Shown: positions 38,529-49,379 of the stretch, piece by piece
Layout of the letters: each line of letters starts with the position of its first letter
Numbering within the stretch: the first letter of the stretch is position 1
Origin: Podarcis cretensis
Taxonomy: Eukaryota
NCBI GenBank assembly: GCA_951804945.1
Contig: OX638158.1
Coordinates: 31,620,001 to 31,684,000 of the forward strand
Direction of reading: 5' to 3'
Length of the DNA: 64,000 nt
Translations under genes and position numbers: made by a program
The notes under the pieces: model-generated
Database searches by the model: none
What the model was told of the DNA's origin: nothing
What the model saw: only the letters and a program-made list of their open reading frames with translations

Positions 38529-39346
38529 CCGTATTTTTCGCCCTATAGGACGCACCGGCCCATAGGACACACCTAGTTTTTTGGGGGGGAAATCAAGGAA
38601 AAACATTTTATTTCCCCCCCAGATTTGCACAGCCATCCCCAAGCTAGAAGAGGGAGACGGAGCGCTCCGTCTCCCTGTTCTGCCTTCAGGGACAGCCTTT
38701 CTAGCCTCCGTGGGGCAGCGGCTTGCCCCGCTGTCCCCCAAGCTTGTGGGGCTGGCGATGGGGAGAAGCAAGCTTGCTTCTCCCCCCCCCCCCCCCGCCA
38801 GCCTCCAGACCAGGTCCGGGAATAGCGGGGTGGTGGCGCTTCGCCTCCCCGCTATCCCCCGAGCTTGTGGGGCTGGCAGGGGGGGGGAGAAAGCAAGCTT
38901 GCTTCTCCCCCCCCCCCCCCCGCTAGCCTCCAGATCAGGTCCAGGAATAGTGGGGTGGCGGCGCTCCGCCTCCCCACTATCCCCCAAGCTTGTGGGGCTG
39001 GCGATGGGGAGAAGCAAGCTTGCTTCTCCCCCACCCCCACCCCGCCAGCCTCCAGACCAGGTCAGGGAATAGCGGGGTGGCGGTGCTGCGCCTCCCCACT
39101 GTCCCCTGAGCTTGTGGGCTGCAGGCTGCTGCCCACAAGCCTTGCGAGCCCGCGGGACCTCCCGCCGGGCTTGCAAGGCTTGCTGATAGCTTCCTGAAGC
39201 CTGGAGAGCAAGAGGGGTCGGTGGGCACTGACCCCTCTTGCTCTCCAGGCTTCAGCGAAAGCCTGCATTCGCCCCATAGGACGCACACACATTTCCCCTT
39301 CAATTTTGGAGGGGAAAAAGTGCGTCCTATAGGGCAAAAAATACGG
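38529..39346. mobile_element. Tigger/pogo-like non-autonomous transposon with internal GC-rich ~120-bp tandem repeats
   Basis: TA-flanked TIRs CCGTATTTTT(C)GCCCTATAGGACGCAC at both ends; about three internal units. Confidence 0.85.
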
Positions 39347-39565
39347 TAGTTATTTTACAAGGCACCTGATCAGTGTTGGATTCTAGTTGTGTTCATACAG
39401 AGTTCATAATATAACATGAATTGATTTTATGTACTGTATATGCTGTTGTTTTAAACATATATATATATATATTGTTTTCATGTATTCAGTTGTATTAACT
39501 GTTTTATATATGTTCTGTTATAAATCCCTCACTCTGCAAGGGTCACACCTAAATGAAATAACTAA

Positions 39566-39604
39566 TAGTAGTAGTAGCAGTAGCAGTAGTAGTAGTAGTA
39601 GTAA
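39566..39604. repeat. (AGT/AGC)n microsatellite
   Basis: Read directly. Confidence 0.9.
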
Positions 39605-39807
39605 TATAGAGGCATCATATTAAGTTATATATTTTTCTCTCTAAGCATTTTACAATTCTACTTGGAGAATAATTCAGACTTGACTATCAGATTCTTGAAG
39701 AACCTTGTATTCTGCCCTACCCTTCTTGAAAGCAGAATTGGATAAAAATGTAAATAATTATTTTGTGACTTCTTTTGTGTTTTCCTTCTTTCATTCAATC
39801 TTGCTAG

Positions 39808-39887
39808 CTTGCCAGGGTGATCAGCCGTCTTGCAGATTTTGCTGAGAAGAATGCTGACTTGCCCACCTTGGGCTTCACTCACTACCA
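39808..39887 (+). CDS. ADSL: ADSL exon 4 (LARVISRLADFA…TLGFTHYQ) with the catalytic His
   Basis: ctag acceptor, CA|gtaagt donor, 80 nt. Confidence 0.96.
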
Positions 39888-40151
39888 GTAAGTAATTCAT
39901 ACAAATACTCATTTAATTCTGTGGATGCTGCTCCCATTTCTACCCCATTTCTTTTATTCACCCTCAGATCAGCAGCCTTTAATTGCTACTGTGCAAGATT
40001 AAACTCCAGAAAACTAAATGAATTTACGGCTATAAGATTCTGAAAGAAGCTGTGATAGAAATGCTTGCAAAGCAGCAAGTGCAAACACTGTATAGTGACA
40101 TGAATGAAGCTGTACAGGCTTATTCTTGAGTCATATTCTGTGTTCTTTTAG

Positions 40152-40323
40152 GCCTGCCCAGCTGACTACTGTTGGTAAACGCTGTTGTCTGTGGATCCAA
40201 GATCTCTGCATGGACCTCCACAATCTTGAGCGGGCACGAGATGAGTTGAGATTTCGTGGTGTGAAAGGCACCACTGGTACACAGGCCAGCTTCTTGCAGC
40301 TCTTTGAAGGAGATCATGATAAA
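40152..40323 (+). CDS. ADSL: ADSL exon 5 ([10 protein letters not shown]…[12 protein letters not shown]…DHDK)
   Basis: ttag acceptor, AAA|gtacgt donor, 172 nt. Confidence 0.97.
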
Positions 40324-40801
40324 GTACGTATCCCCAGCAAGTGTCAGTTTTGAATTGCAATTAGTTTGGGAACACTTGACTGTTGTATTATGTGGTGGTA
40401 ATCACAGGCTGCCATTCGACATAAACATCCTGAGCAGTAGTGGAAGAAATTATTGAAACAGCATCTAAAAACAACAAAATCCCACAGCAAAACCAGTAAA
40501 AAAATAGTTCTAAATCAGCAGTCAGAATATCCATAAAGTGCACCTTATGCCCCAATCAAGAAACTAGCAAAGTTGTTTCCTGGGACATTTCACTCTAGGG
40601 CTTTTGCCAGTATGAAATTTGCATGAGACCTACAGAAGAATTTTTATTTCTGTGGGAAGCAGACAGCAGATTGAGCATAGGGCAATATAGTGATTGCATC
40701 AGCAAAACACCTGTAGTGCTCAGAATGGTGCAAGAGGCACAATCATTCCCACTTCAGCCACTGCATTCTGAGTGAGGTTCCTATCATATTTTTCCCCTGA
40801 G

Positions 40802-40848
40802 GTGGAGGAGCTGGACAGGCTGGTGACTGCAATGGCGGGATTTAAGCG
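40802..40848 (+). CDS. ADSL: ADSL exon 6 (VEELDRLVTAMAGFKR)
   Basis: Rare gag acceptor, CG|gtatgt donor, 47 nt; phases fit both neighbours. Confidence 0.9.
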
Positions 40849-41527
40849 GTATGTAAAAAAACAAAAAACCCTCTCCTTCCTTGCCTTTACTGCTTTAAGA
40901 ACACAGAAATCTGCCTTTATACTGAGTCAGACCACTGGTGTTGTCTTAAATTTAGTACTGTCATATCTGGACTAACTGACTGGCAGCATGGTTTTCCAGA
41001 GCTTCCAGCCTTACTTGGAGATATCATTGATTGAAGCTGTGATCTTATATGTGCAAAGCCTGCCATTAAACTGAGGCCCTTCCGCATTCTTAAGATGAGC
41101 ACCTCTGGACCTATGTATAAATTTGGATTCTGCTCTGCAATTAACATTCCTGCTGTTGCTGCTAACTGCTAGGACCTATTAGGGGAAAGGTTGTGCTTAC
41201 ATAATCTACTCCATGATGTAGGTTTGTAATGGAACTTCCTCCCATCTTAGTCCTTTGCAGTTTTGCTCTTCTCTATGTGAATGCATGTTTCCCTTTTTTT
41301 TGCTACCCCTACTGCATGTTAAACTGAATTGTACAGTCACACAAATAATTTCTCTAGATTGTTTCAAACGAATACTGTACCTTCACTGGATCAGGAAGCA
41401 GATATAAAATGAGGGACAAGGAACCAGTTGATGTTGTGTGGTATTCATTCCTTGTAGCATGCTCTCTCAATCTCATTTATAGGCTCTGTTAAACTTCATG
41501 ATGCTTTATCTTTGTGTTTGGTTTCAG

Positions 41528-41618
41528 CGCTTATATCGTCACAGGGCAGACATACAGTCGCAAAGTGGATATTGAAGTTCTTTCTGTTCTGGCCAGTCTA
41601 GGAGCATCTGTACATAAG
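41528..41618 (+). CDS. ADSL: ADSL exon 7 ([14 protein letters not shown]…VHK)
   Basis: AG/GT boundaries, 91 nt. Confidence 0.96.
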
Positions 41619-42286
41619 GTAAGAATTACTTCAAATTCTATATTCAAAGGCACCACTGAGAATTGGGGCTCAATTGGATGCCTTCTTGAATTGCACAGCC
41701 ACATAAATTTTTTCTTTAGAGGTTTCAAGCTTTTAGAAACTGTGGTCACATTTTGATGTTTTGCTTTTCTCCTGTGTTTAACACAGATTTCTGTAGTATA
41801 CCGGATATCTAGGAGATATCCTAGCTCTATTGAATTATAGATGGCTGAAAAAGTGAAAGTGAGCCAGTCCACCATTCCTGCTGCTGTGCCTGCACTGCCT
41901 TGCCTCTCTCTGCCAGTAAGCAGAAGCAGTGCACAGTGTTCGGAAGTTGGGAGAGTGACTCAGGGGGGCAGACATCTGGGAAAAAAGACTTCGGCAATCC
42001 CACCCACCAGTGAACCCAATGTGTTTTCACTACATGTGATTTTGGCTTTATGTGCTATCCCCAAAATATAACCCCAGCATAAGTTGAGTGTCTCGTGTAT
42101 AATAGGCTTGAATTCAAATCTATGTTTTGGGCTGGGGAATATGTTTATATTCAGAATTTCTCCTATTTCCTTTAAAATAAGATGATGAATTTTTTTATAC
42201 TATTTCTTTGTATCATAGACTCAGTGCTAATTATGAAATCTTGCATGCAGTAAGTCTGTGCCTGCATCTGAACATCTGAAATGAAT

Positions 42287-42341
42287 TAATCTCTTTTTCT
42301 CCCCAGTGGTTAGTAATCTCTTTTTTCTCCCCAGTGGTTAG
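42287..42341 (+). repeat. 27/28-bp tandem duplication TAATCTCTTTTT(T)CTCCCCAGTGGTTAG
   Basis: Two adjacent copies read directly. Confidence 0.92.
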
Positions 42342-42427
42342 TAAAATGAACCAGCTCCAAGATTTCTGATGGATATTAATGCTGCCCAGAAATAGTGTCT
42401 GAACTAATTAGAGTTGTTTTTCTCCAG

Positions 42428-42497
42428 ATATGTACTGATATTCGCCTTCTGGCCAACCTCAAAGAATTAGAGGAACCTTTTGAGAAAGACCAAATTG
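42428..42497 (+). CDS. ADSL: ADSL exon 8 ([23 protein letters not shown])
   Basis: AG/GT boundaries, 70 nt. Confidence 0.96.
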
Positions 42498-43062
42498 GTA
42501 AGCAATGGCTGTAGAAACAGAATTTTGTTGTTTTTAAATTAACTTGTATTGATGCCCTTTTGAAGTTGAATGATTGAAATTAGAATAAAAATGGAATATG
42601 TGTAAACATGTCTCAGAGTGGATCAGCTGGTACATTTACATCCCATTTTTATGTACAAGACAGTTAAGGAGTACATGCATGCATACAGTTACCAGCAAAT
42701 TAAATTTCTGAAGCTACTGCTTTGCTAGCTATCCAACAAGTTGCTGTAAGGACTCTGAAACTGTGACTCCTCTGAGAAAGTGAGATAATGGGCTGCTTTA
42801 GATGTAATTCCAAACCATGCCCTAATGCTATGAAACTGAACAATCAAGCAACCTTGGCTTCACACACTACTCTCTGTCTTTGCATGCAGTGATTCCTCAT
42901 TGCTTGTTCTGAGGCGAAGTGGAAATCTATATTTTACACTTGTGTTTCAAACAAAGAATTAAAACCATAGTTTGATCCTGGTTTCCAGTCATGGTTTGCA
43001 GGCAAAGTACAAGCCACAGTTTGTCTCAAGACTTGTTCTCTGGAGGGCCCCAGACTGAAATA

Positions 43063-43259
43063 CAGTGGTCCCTCCACTAACCCAAAAATAGTACCTCGGG
43101 TTAAGAACTTTGCTTCAGGATGAGAACAGAAATCGCACGGCGGCAGCACGGTGGCAGCGGGAAGCCCCATTAGCTAAAGTGGTGCCTCAGGTTAAGAACA
43201 GTTTCAGGTTAAGAACGGACCTCTGGAACGAATTAAGTTCTTAACCCGAGGTACCACTG
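43063..43259 (+). mobile_element. MITE family A, copy 4 (ADSL intron 8)
   Basis: Same TIRs, internal deletion near the 5' end. Confidence 0.9.
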
Positions 43260-43481
43260 TACTAAGGTCTTTTCAACCCCTTACTGACTTTTCTTTTGTT
43301 TTCAATACAGCTTTTTAAAAAAATGTGATTAATTTATGTAATATATGGTATAATTGATATAATTTTCACCACTGGTTACTTTCAGTCTCCATAGTGATTC
43401 TATCTAGTTGGACTGTGCTTTATTGCTTAATTTTTGCCTTGCTCTTGGTACTATTTTGTATCACTTTAATAAAAATCCAAA

Positions 43482-43579
43482 CTGCGGGAGGCAGTGGAAG
43501 ACAGGAGTGCCTGGCGTGCTCTGGTCCATGGGGTCACAAAGAGTCGGACACGACTAAATGACTAAACAACAACAACAAT
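43482..43579 (+). mobile_element. RTE-BovB LINE 3' end (5'-truncated)
   Basis: GACAGGAGTGCCTGGCGTGCTCTGGTCCATGGGGTCACAAAGAGTCGGACACGACT + (CAA)n tail; TSD AATAAAAATCC on both sides. Confidence 0.88.
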
Positions 43580-44229
43580 AAAAATCCCAATAAAAATTAT
43601 TGCAACCTCCTCCCAGAAACTACTACTATTATTTTATTGAATTTATATACTGTCCTATACATGGAGGTCTCAGGGTGGAAACTATGGTTTATTCAAACCA
43701 AAATCAGTGTCAACAAGTCAGATTCAAATGATAGTTTCAGATCCCAATTTGCTAGTTAACCTTGGGTAGAACAAACCACAGGTCCCCAAGTTTTCCCTTC
43801 TGTGCAAGAGGGGGTAGTGTGCAGGCCAAAAGCTCACTGCAATCTGTTCCCAGTCTACATTGGGGTAGGAAACCTCTGGGCCCCATGATGTTGGTGGACT
43901 TCCATCTCCCACCATCCTTGGCCATGCTTAGGTTGATGGGAGTTGCCCAAAACATCTAGAGGGCCATAGGCTCCCCATGCCTAGCCTTAAGGATAGTAAT
44001 TTTGGTACAAAAACAGCTGCTAAACTTAACTAAGCTTTAGAAGTAGCCTAGCTATGTTGTGCTCTGTCCAACTTACCCCATGGGCCACTAACAGGTGGGA
44101 GGCCACCCCTTTTGTCATCTGATGTCACCATGAAGTTAGCCAACCTATTTTCCTTTGCACCCCAACTTGAACACCTGAATCTATACATTTTTGTGTGCAA
44201 GCTCTGCTATCTGTTCAAAATTATTGATA

Positions 44230-44471
44230 CAGTGGTACCTCGGGTTAAGAACTTAATTCGTTCTGGAGGTCTGTTCTTAACCTGAAACCATTCTTAACCT
44301 GAAGCACCACTTTAGCTAATGGGGCCTCCTGCTGCTGCCGCGCCGCCAGAGCGCGATTTCTGTTCTCATCCTGAAGCAAAGCTCTTAACCCGAGGTAATA
44401 TTTCTGGGTTAGCGGAGTCTATAACCTGAAGCGTCTGTAACCTGAAGCGTATGTAACCCAAGGTACCACTG
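44230..44471 (-). mobile_element. MITE family A, copy 5, inverted relative to copies 1-4 (ADSL intron 8)
   Basis: Interior is the reverse complement of copies 1-4. Confidence 0.9.
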
Positions 44472-44535
44472 TATTGTTGAGGATTGTGTTTGCTGATAAC
44501 CGGAGCAACTTTTGTAGATGGTGAAAGAGCTTTAG

Positions 44536-44811
<276 letters not shown>

Positions 44812-45666
44812 TAGGTCATGAAGCAGAGAGATTATTTCTTTGTTTTCAAAATACATTTAGAAACTAACGGATCTTTCTATGATATTGTGAACTGCACCCA
44901 AAATATTAAACATACTTACTTGGAAGTGAACCTCTGTGATTTCAGTGGAACCCTTTTTAACAAGTATAAAATGTACAAGGCCACCATTGAAGGATGTGAT
45001 TTCTGAAAGCTAAGCTGGAGGTGCAGAGGATTCTTGCTCATTTTGCCCCCATTGGATTCATGTGTGACTCAGAACTTGGATGGATTAAGACACATAATCA
45101 ATGAACAAATCCATGCCTGCTTCTGTACTGTACTTAGGAGTTTTAACGTTTCTTTAAAACTTGACCAGCTACTTAGAGCAGCCAATATCTCCTCCAAGGC
45201 TACACAGTAAAGAATCTGTTTTAAAATGCTCCCATAAAGGAACTGTATATCACAACATGCAGAATTGTACAAAGAAATGATGGCTGTTCCCATGCAACAA
45301 AGGAAGTGTTTGGTTCCCCAAGTAGCTGTAAAATGTTGACAAAAGGGGCAGCCCTTGGACCATCTCATAAGCAGTTATTTCAGTAAAACGGGGCAGATTT
45401 TTAAAATTAAAAACATCTATCCATAAACTGGATGCCATGGAGTTAGTTTTGTGAATACACAAAACTGACACAGGACAGAACTGGGATGATCCGTCCACCC
45501 CAACAAAATGTTCCTTAAAACACTGCCTAGTGTGGAAAATAGGAAGAGTAAGCAAATTAATGAGGAAAGGAAAAATAGTACTGAACTGTTTAAAAAGTCC
45601 TTTCTGTGGGAATGCTGCAACTTCTCCCTCCCTCCAATTCTGGTACTCTTGTGACTTTTTCCACAG

Positions 45667-45757
45667 GCGCGTGTGTTTACCTGAAGCCTTCCTCACTGCT
45701 GACATAATACTTAGCACCCTACAAAATATCTCTGAAGGTCTTGTGGTATATCCCAAG
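45667..45757 (+). CDS. ADSL: ADSL exon 10 ([12 protein letters not shown]…GLVVYPK)
   Basis: AG/GT boundaries, 91 nt. Confidence 0.96.
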
Positions 45758-46013
45758 GTAAGAAGACTCGGAGGAAACGTGAGCGGTCTCTTACTCCTGT
45801 ATTGGCAGTTTTCAAACTGTTTTCTGGGAAAAGCCTGGGGTCCCTTGGAAGCTTTTCAGAGTGTTGTCACCTGAAACACAGCTTGCTTCCTGTTACCAGT
45901 CTTCCCTTCATAGCCACTGTGAGTTGAATATGTATTTTTAATGCACACTCGGTTAACACAGGGGTGCCGGCAAGGACCAAAAACCCTAGCCAAACTCCAC
46001 ACAACTAAGCATA

Positions 46014-46014
<1 letters not shown>

Positions 46015-46058
<44 letters not shown>

Positions 46059-46068
46059 CGCACACACA
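46015..46068. repeat. (CA)n microsatellite
   Basis: Read directly. Confidence 0.95.
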
Positions 46069-46170
46069 GCAGGGCTTCCTTCGCAGACATGAGATGAATA
46101 CTTTAAGGACAGAAAATTTCAAAAACTCTGCCATAAATCAGCACCCACTTTCAGCCCTGGGCATGTATAA

Positions 46171-46318
46171 GGAAGGAAATAGCTCAGCTGGTAGAGCATG
46201 AGACTAATCTTGGGGTCATGGGTTCGAGCCCCACGTTGGGCCAAAGTTTCCTGCCTTGCAGGGGGTTGGACTAGATGACCCTCGTGGTCCCTTCCAATTC
46301 TATAGTTCTATGATTCTA
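46171..46318 (+). mobile_element. tRNA-derived squamate SINE with CR1-type tail
   Basis: A box TAGCTCAGCTGG, B box GGTTCGAGCC, 3' GGACTAGATGACC…GTCCCTTCCAA…TTCTATGATTCTA. Confidence 0.85.
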
Positions 46319-47236
46319 AGCCTTTACAAACAATCTGAGTCATGTCAACTGTTAAATTCCATTTAGCTACATAGTGGAGGTTTTACAGATGGGTAGGTCA
46401 CAGTCACTACGAAGCAGATACCCAGTGCAGGTCCAATCTAATGAATGCTGGGCACAGTTAAGTATGGGAACCTCTATCCAAGGGATTAAGATAGCAGTTT
46501 CAGGAGTCTGCAGCAGGTTTCAACTGTGCACATTCCCAGTGGACTAGCTTTTATAAGAAGAACCCATCCCCTGAATAGTTTTTACTTCTCTTGTAATATT
46601 GAAGAAAAAATCATTTAACACATAACTGTTTTAATTAATAAATGCATGTGTGGCATTTTAAAAAGTAAGAGCAGGCATACAACTCCCTGAAGTATGGTGG
46701 TGAGACAAAACTGACAACTTGAAGCATTTTTAAAATTCATTCATTACTATGTTATTTTTACTGTGAACAAGAGAGGTAGCTGGCTTGCTTCACAGGAGTG
46801 CGGCGAAGTTGTTTAGACTTCCTGTTTTAACATTAAATCTGTGTAAGGAGGCAGTATTTTTTCTTCTTCAGTTTTAATTAGGAATGAGCTATTATTATTA
46901 TTCATGAGGTGTAGCAGAGTCTGGAATGATATAAAATTTGAGGCTAATGAAGGACATGTCATCTAGCAGTAGAAACTGCTTTCTAAATGATGAATCTGTT
47001 TGTCCTTGTATCCCAGTCTTATCTATTCTGACTGGCAGCAAACAGTTCTTCAGGGACTTGGGCAGACGTCCTTCTAACGTGCTACTAATCTGGGACCTTT
47101 TCTATTCAAAGCATGTACTTTTATTGCCGAGCTGTTATCTCCCCCCTGAATAAATAAAATAATGAAGAGTAACATAGAAACTGGATTTTCCAGTCCATTT
47201 TGTAAATACTGTACTTATATTTGATGTTTGATTTAG

Positions 47237-47326
47237 GTTATTGCGAGACGTATTCAGCAAGAGTTGCCTTTCATGTGTACAGAAAATATTATCATGGCTA
47301 TGGTGAAAGCTGGGGGCAATCGCCAG
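47237..47326 (+). CDS. ADSL: ADSL exon 11 ([30 protein letters not shown])
   Basis: AG/GT boundaries, 90 nt. Confidence 0.96.
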
Positions 47327-48430
47327 GTATGTACCTAACTGTAGGCTCTCATTTACAGGCCCTTAAAGGGACTTTCCATGCCAGGAAGTAGAGGGGTTGT
47401 AAGAAAGTTATGACACCAGTATCTTGAACTCTTTGCTGTTTCACAATCTAGCCTGATTGTTATGCACATCCTCTTTCTCTCATCATGTTGCATATTTCTG
47501 AATTTTACAAGTTCACCTACCAGGGAAGGCATTAGTTTTGTTTTATCACCAGTTTTAGTGTCACTATATTAGTATTTAGAAAGCAGAGATGGAACATTGC
47601 AATGTGCCTATCTTTTCCAAATTAATTATTATAATGCTGAACGACGATGCTTTTGGAAATACCTTATAAAATTCAGCACTGACTAAGGTTGTTTAAACTG
47701 TGGTTCAGCACTAACTCGTTCACTTCTTTACCCAAGATCCCTGCTGCCTCTAGATTGGTTTTCTTAGTATCGTATGAATTTTTGCGATTAGACAAATTGT
47801 CACCCTACACATTTTTTTAAAGAGAAGTCCGAAATTATTTTTGTTTGTTGCATTGTTTGCTGCTACTTTTATCATATTTCTGTACTTGTTATGCTCCCTT
47901 GATGCATCTAGAACTGAGAAGTTATTGAAACAATATTCTACAGTGATCGGCTACACAAAATACTGAAAGTTTCAGAAGAGGATGGAATTTTGCTATTTCT
48001 TATTGCAGTTTGTGTGTAATTAAAAAGAGAACTATTATGAATGGACTGAATGATCAAAAGACCCACTGAAGAGAGAATTCAGGCATTGCAACAGTTCTGT
48101 CACACACAGTTCAAATGTTGTTCATTTCCAGGTAGCCTAGCTCACCTCTTTTTGATGAGTTCCTGCACTCCATCTTAGGACCAAGACCAATTCAGACTTT
48201 CTATGGCTTAAATACTAAGCCACTTCCCCCCTACGCTCTTTTCCCTCTTCCTCCCTGACTATATTGTGACATTTTGGTTGGCCTAATAGATACAGCCCTA
48301 CAATGGATTTTGGATTTTTTTATTGTGAGCCACAACTACATTAGCTTTTTGTAAAGCCTATATATGATACTTGGGATGTTTACTGTGTTTGCTGATGGTT
48401 TGTAATGTGATGTTGACTTCTTTTTCATAG

Positions 48431-48607
48431 GATTGTCATGAGAAGATAAGGGTTCTCTCCCAGCAGGCAGCTGCTGTTGTGAAGCAAGAAGGGGGTGATA
48501 ATGACCTCATTGAACGTATTCGTGCAGATCCTTATTTCAACCCTATTCATGGAGAACTGGAATCTCTTCTGGAGCCCAAATCCTTTACTGGACGTGCTTC
48601 CCAGCAG
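48431..48607 (+). CDS. ADSL: ADSL exon 12 ([14 protein letters not shown]…FTGRASQQ)
   Basis: AG/GT boundaries, 177 nt. Confidence 0.96.
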
Positions 48608-49241
48608 GTAAGAACAGGAAAGTTCTTATGAGGTTACCGTGGACTCTAGTCCACCTAAAGCTTTATGTTCTCTACCTGTGACTGTTTCTTTCTTTTTCTT
48701 TGTAACCTTTCTCACTCCATTTGAAAAAATTAATCTATTACTCCTTGTTTTTGTTTCTTCTGCCATAAGCTTCACCTGTGAATGAACCAGTTTCCCCCTC
48801 CTTATTCTATTTAGGCATTTCCTTCATCCATTGCTACCCAACCTTCCTCTAACTACATATTCCTGACTTTTTCTTTAATTGCCTGCCCCACTCTGTCTTA
48901 CTGATTCAGTGCAGATTGTAGCCCAGTAGCCTGTATCAGCCAGTTCTTCATTTACCCGTTAAGCAAAGCTAGGCTTTTAACAAGAGCAGTCTGAGAAAGA
49001 TTCTTGGCATATCTCCCATATCTGGAATAATTTACTTTCTGTACTTCTAACATTTCCTTTTTGTTGTTAATGGTGTGCTTTGGGTGGGGACAAATCTAGT
49101 CTTTGCCTTATCCGGTTCCTGCGTGTTCTGAGTGACAGGGAAGTGTGCAGAATAGAGTAATTTGTTAATATGCTAAGGCTAAACGAGTATTTGGTCCAAG
49201 TTATACTTTTAATGCCTTTTTCCTCCCTTCTTCCATAACAG

Positions 49242-49328
49242 GTAGCAAGATTCCTAAAAGAAGAGGTCTACCCCATTCTTACCCCTTATAAGAGCAAGAT
49301 GGATGTGACAATGGAGCTGTCTCTTTGA
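49242..49328 (+). CDS. ADSL: ADSL exon 13, last (VARFLKEEVYPIL…ELSL*); total CDS 1446 nt = 481 aa
   Basis: acag acceptor, TGA at 49326-49328; summed exons give an uninterrupted frame. Confidence 0.95.
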   Translation, partial: VARFLKEEVYPILTPYKSKMDVTMELSL

Positions 49329-49373
49329 ATTAGTATTCAATTAGTATTTCATTAGGGTATTTGTGGGGAAGAT

Positions 49374-49379
49374 AATAAA
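49374..49379 (+). terminator. ADSL polyadenylation signal (very short 3'UTR)
   Basis: AATAAA 46 nt after the stop, GU-rich sequence downstream. Confidence 0.75.

Noticed and set aside
38487-39337. Long overlapping ORFs (up to 229 aa) on both strands
   Set aside because: Products of GC-rich tandem repeats inside a TA-flanked transposon; repetitive peptides with no transposase motifs
46171-46245. tRNA-like sequence with A and B boxes
   Set aside because: Continues into a CR1-type tail and has a second diverged copy at ~769-910; it is a SINE head, not a tRNA gene
48524-48526. Ala at the position equivalent to human ADSL 429
   Set aside because: This is the expected ancestral state; Val429 is specific to modern humans
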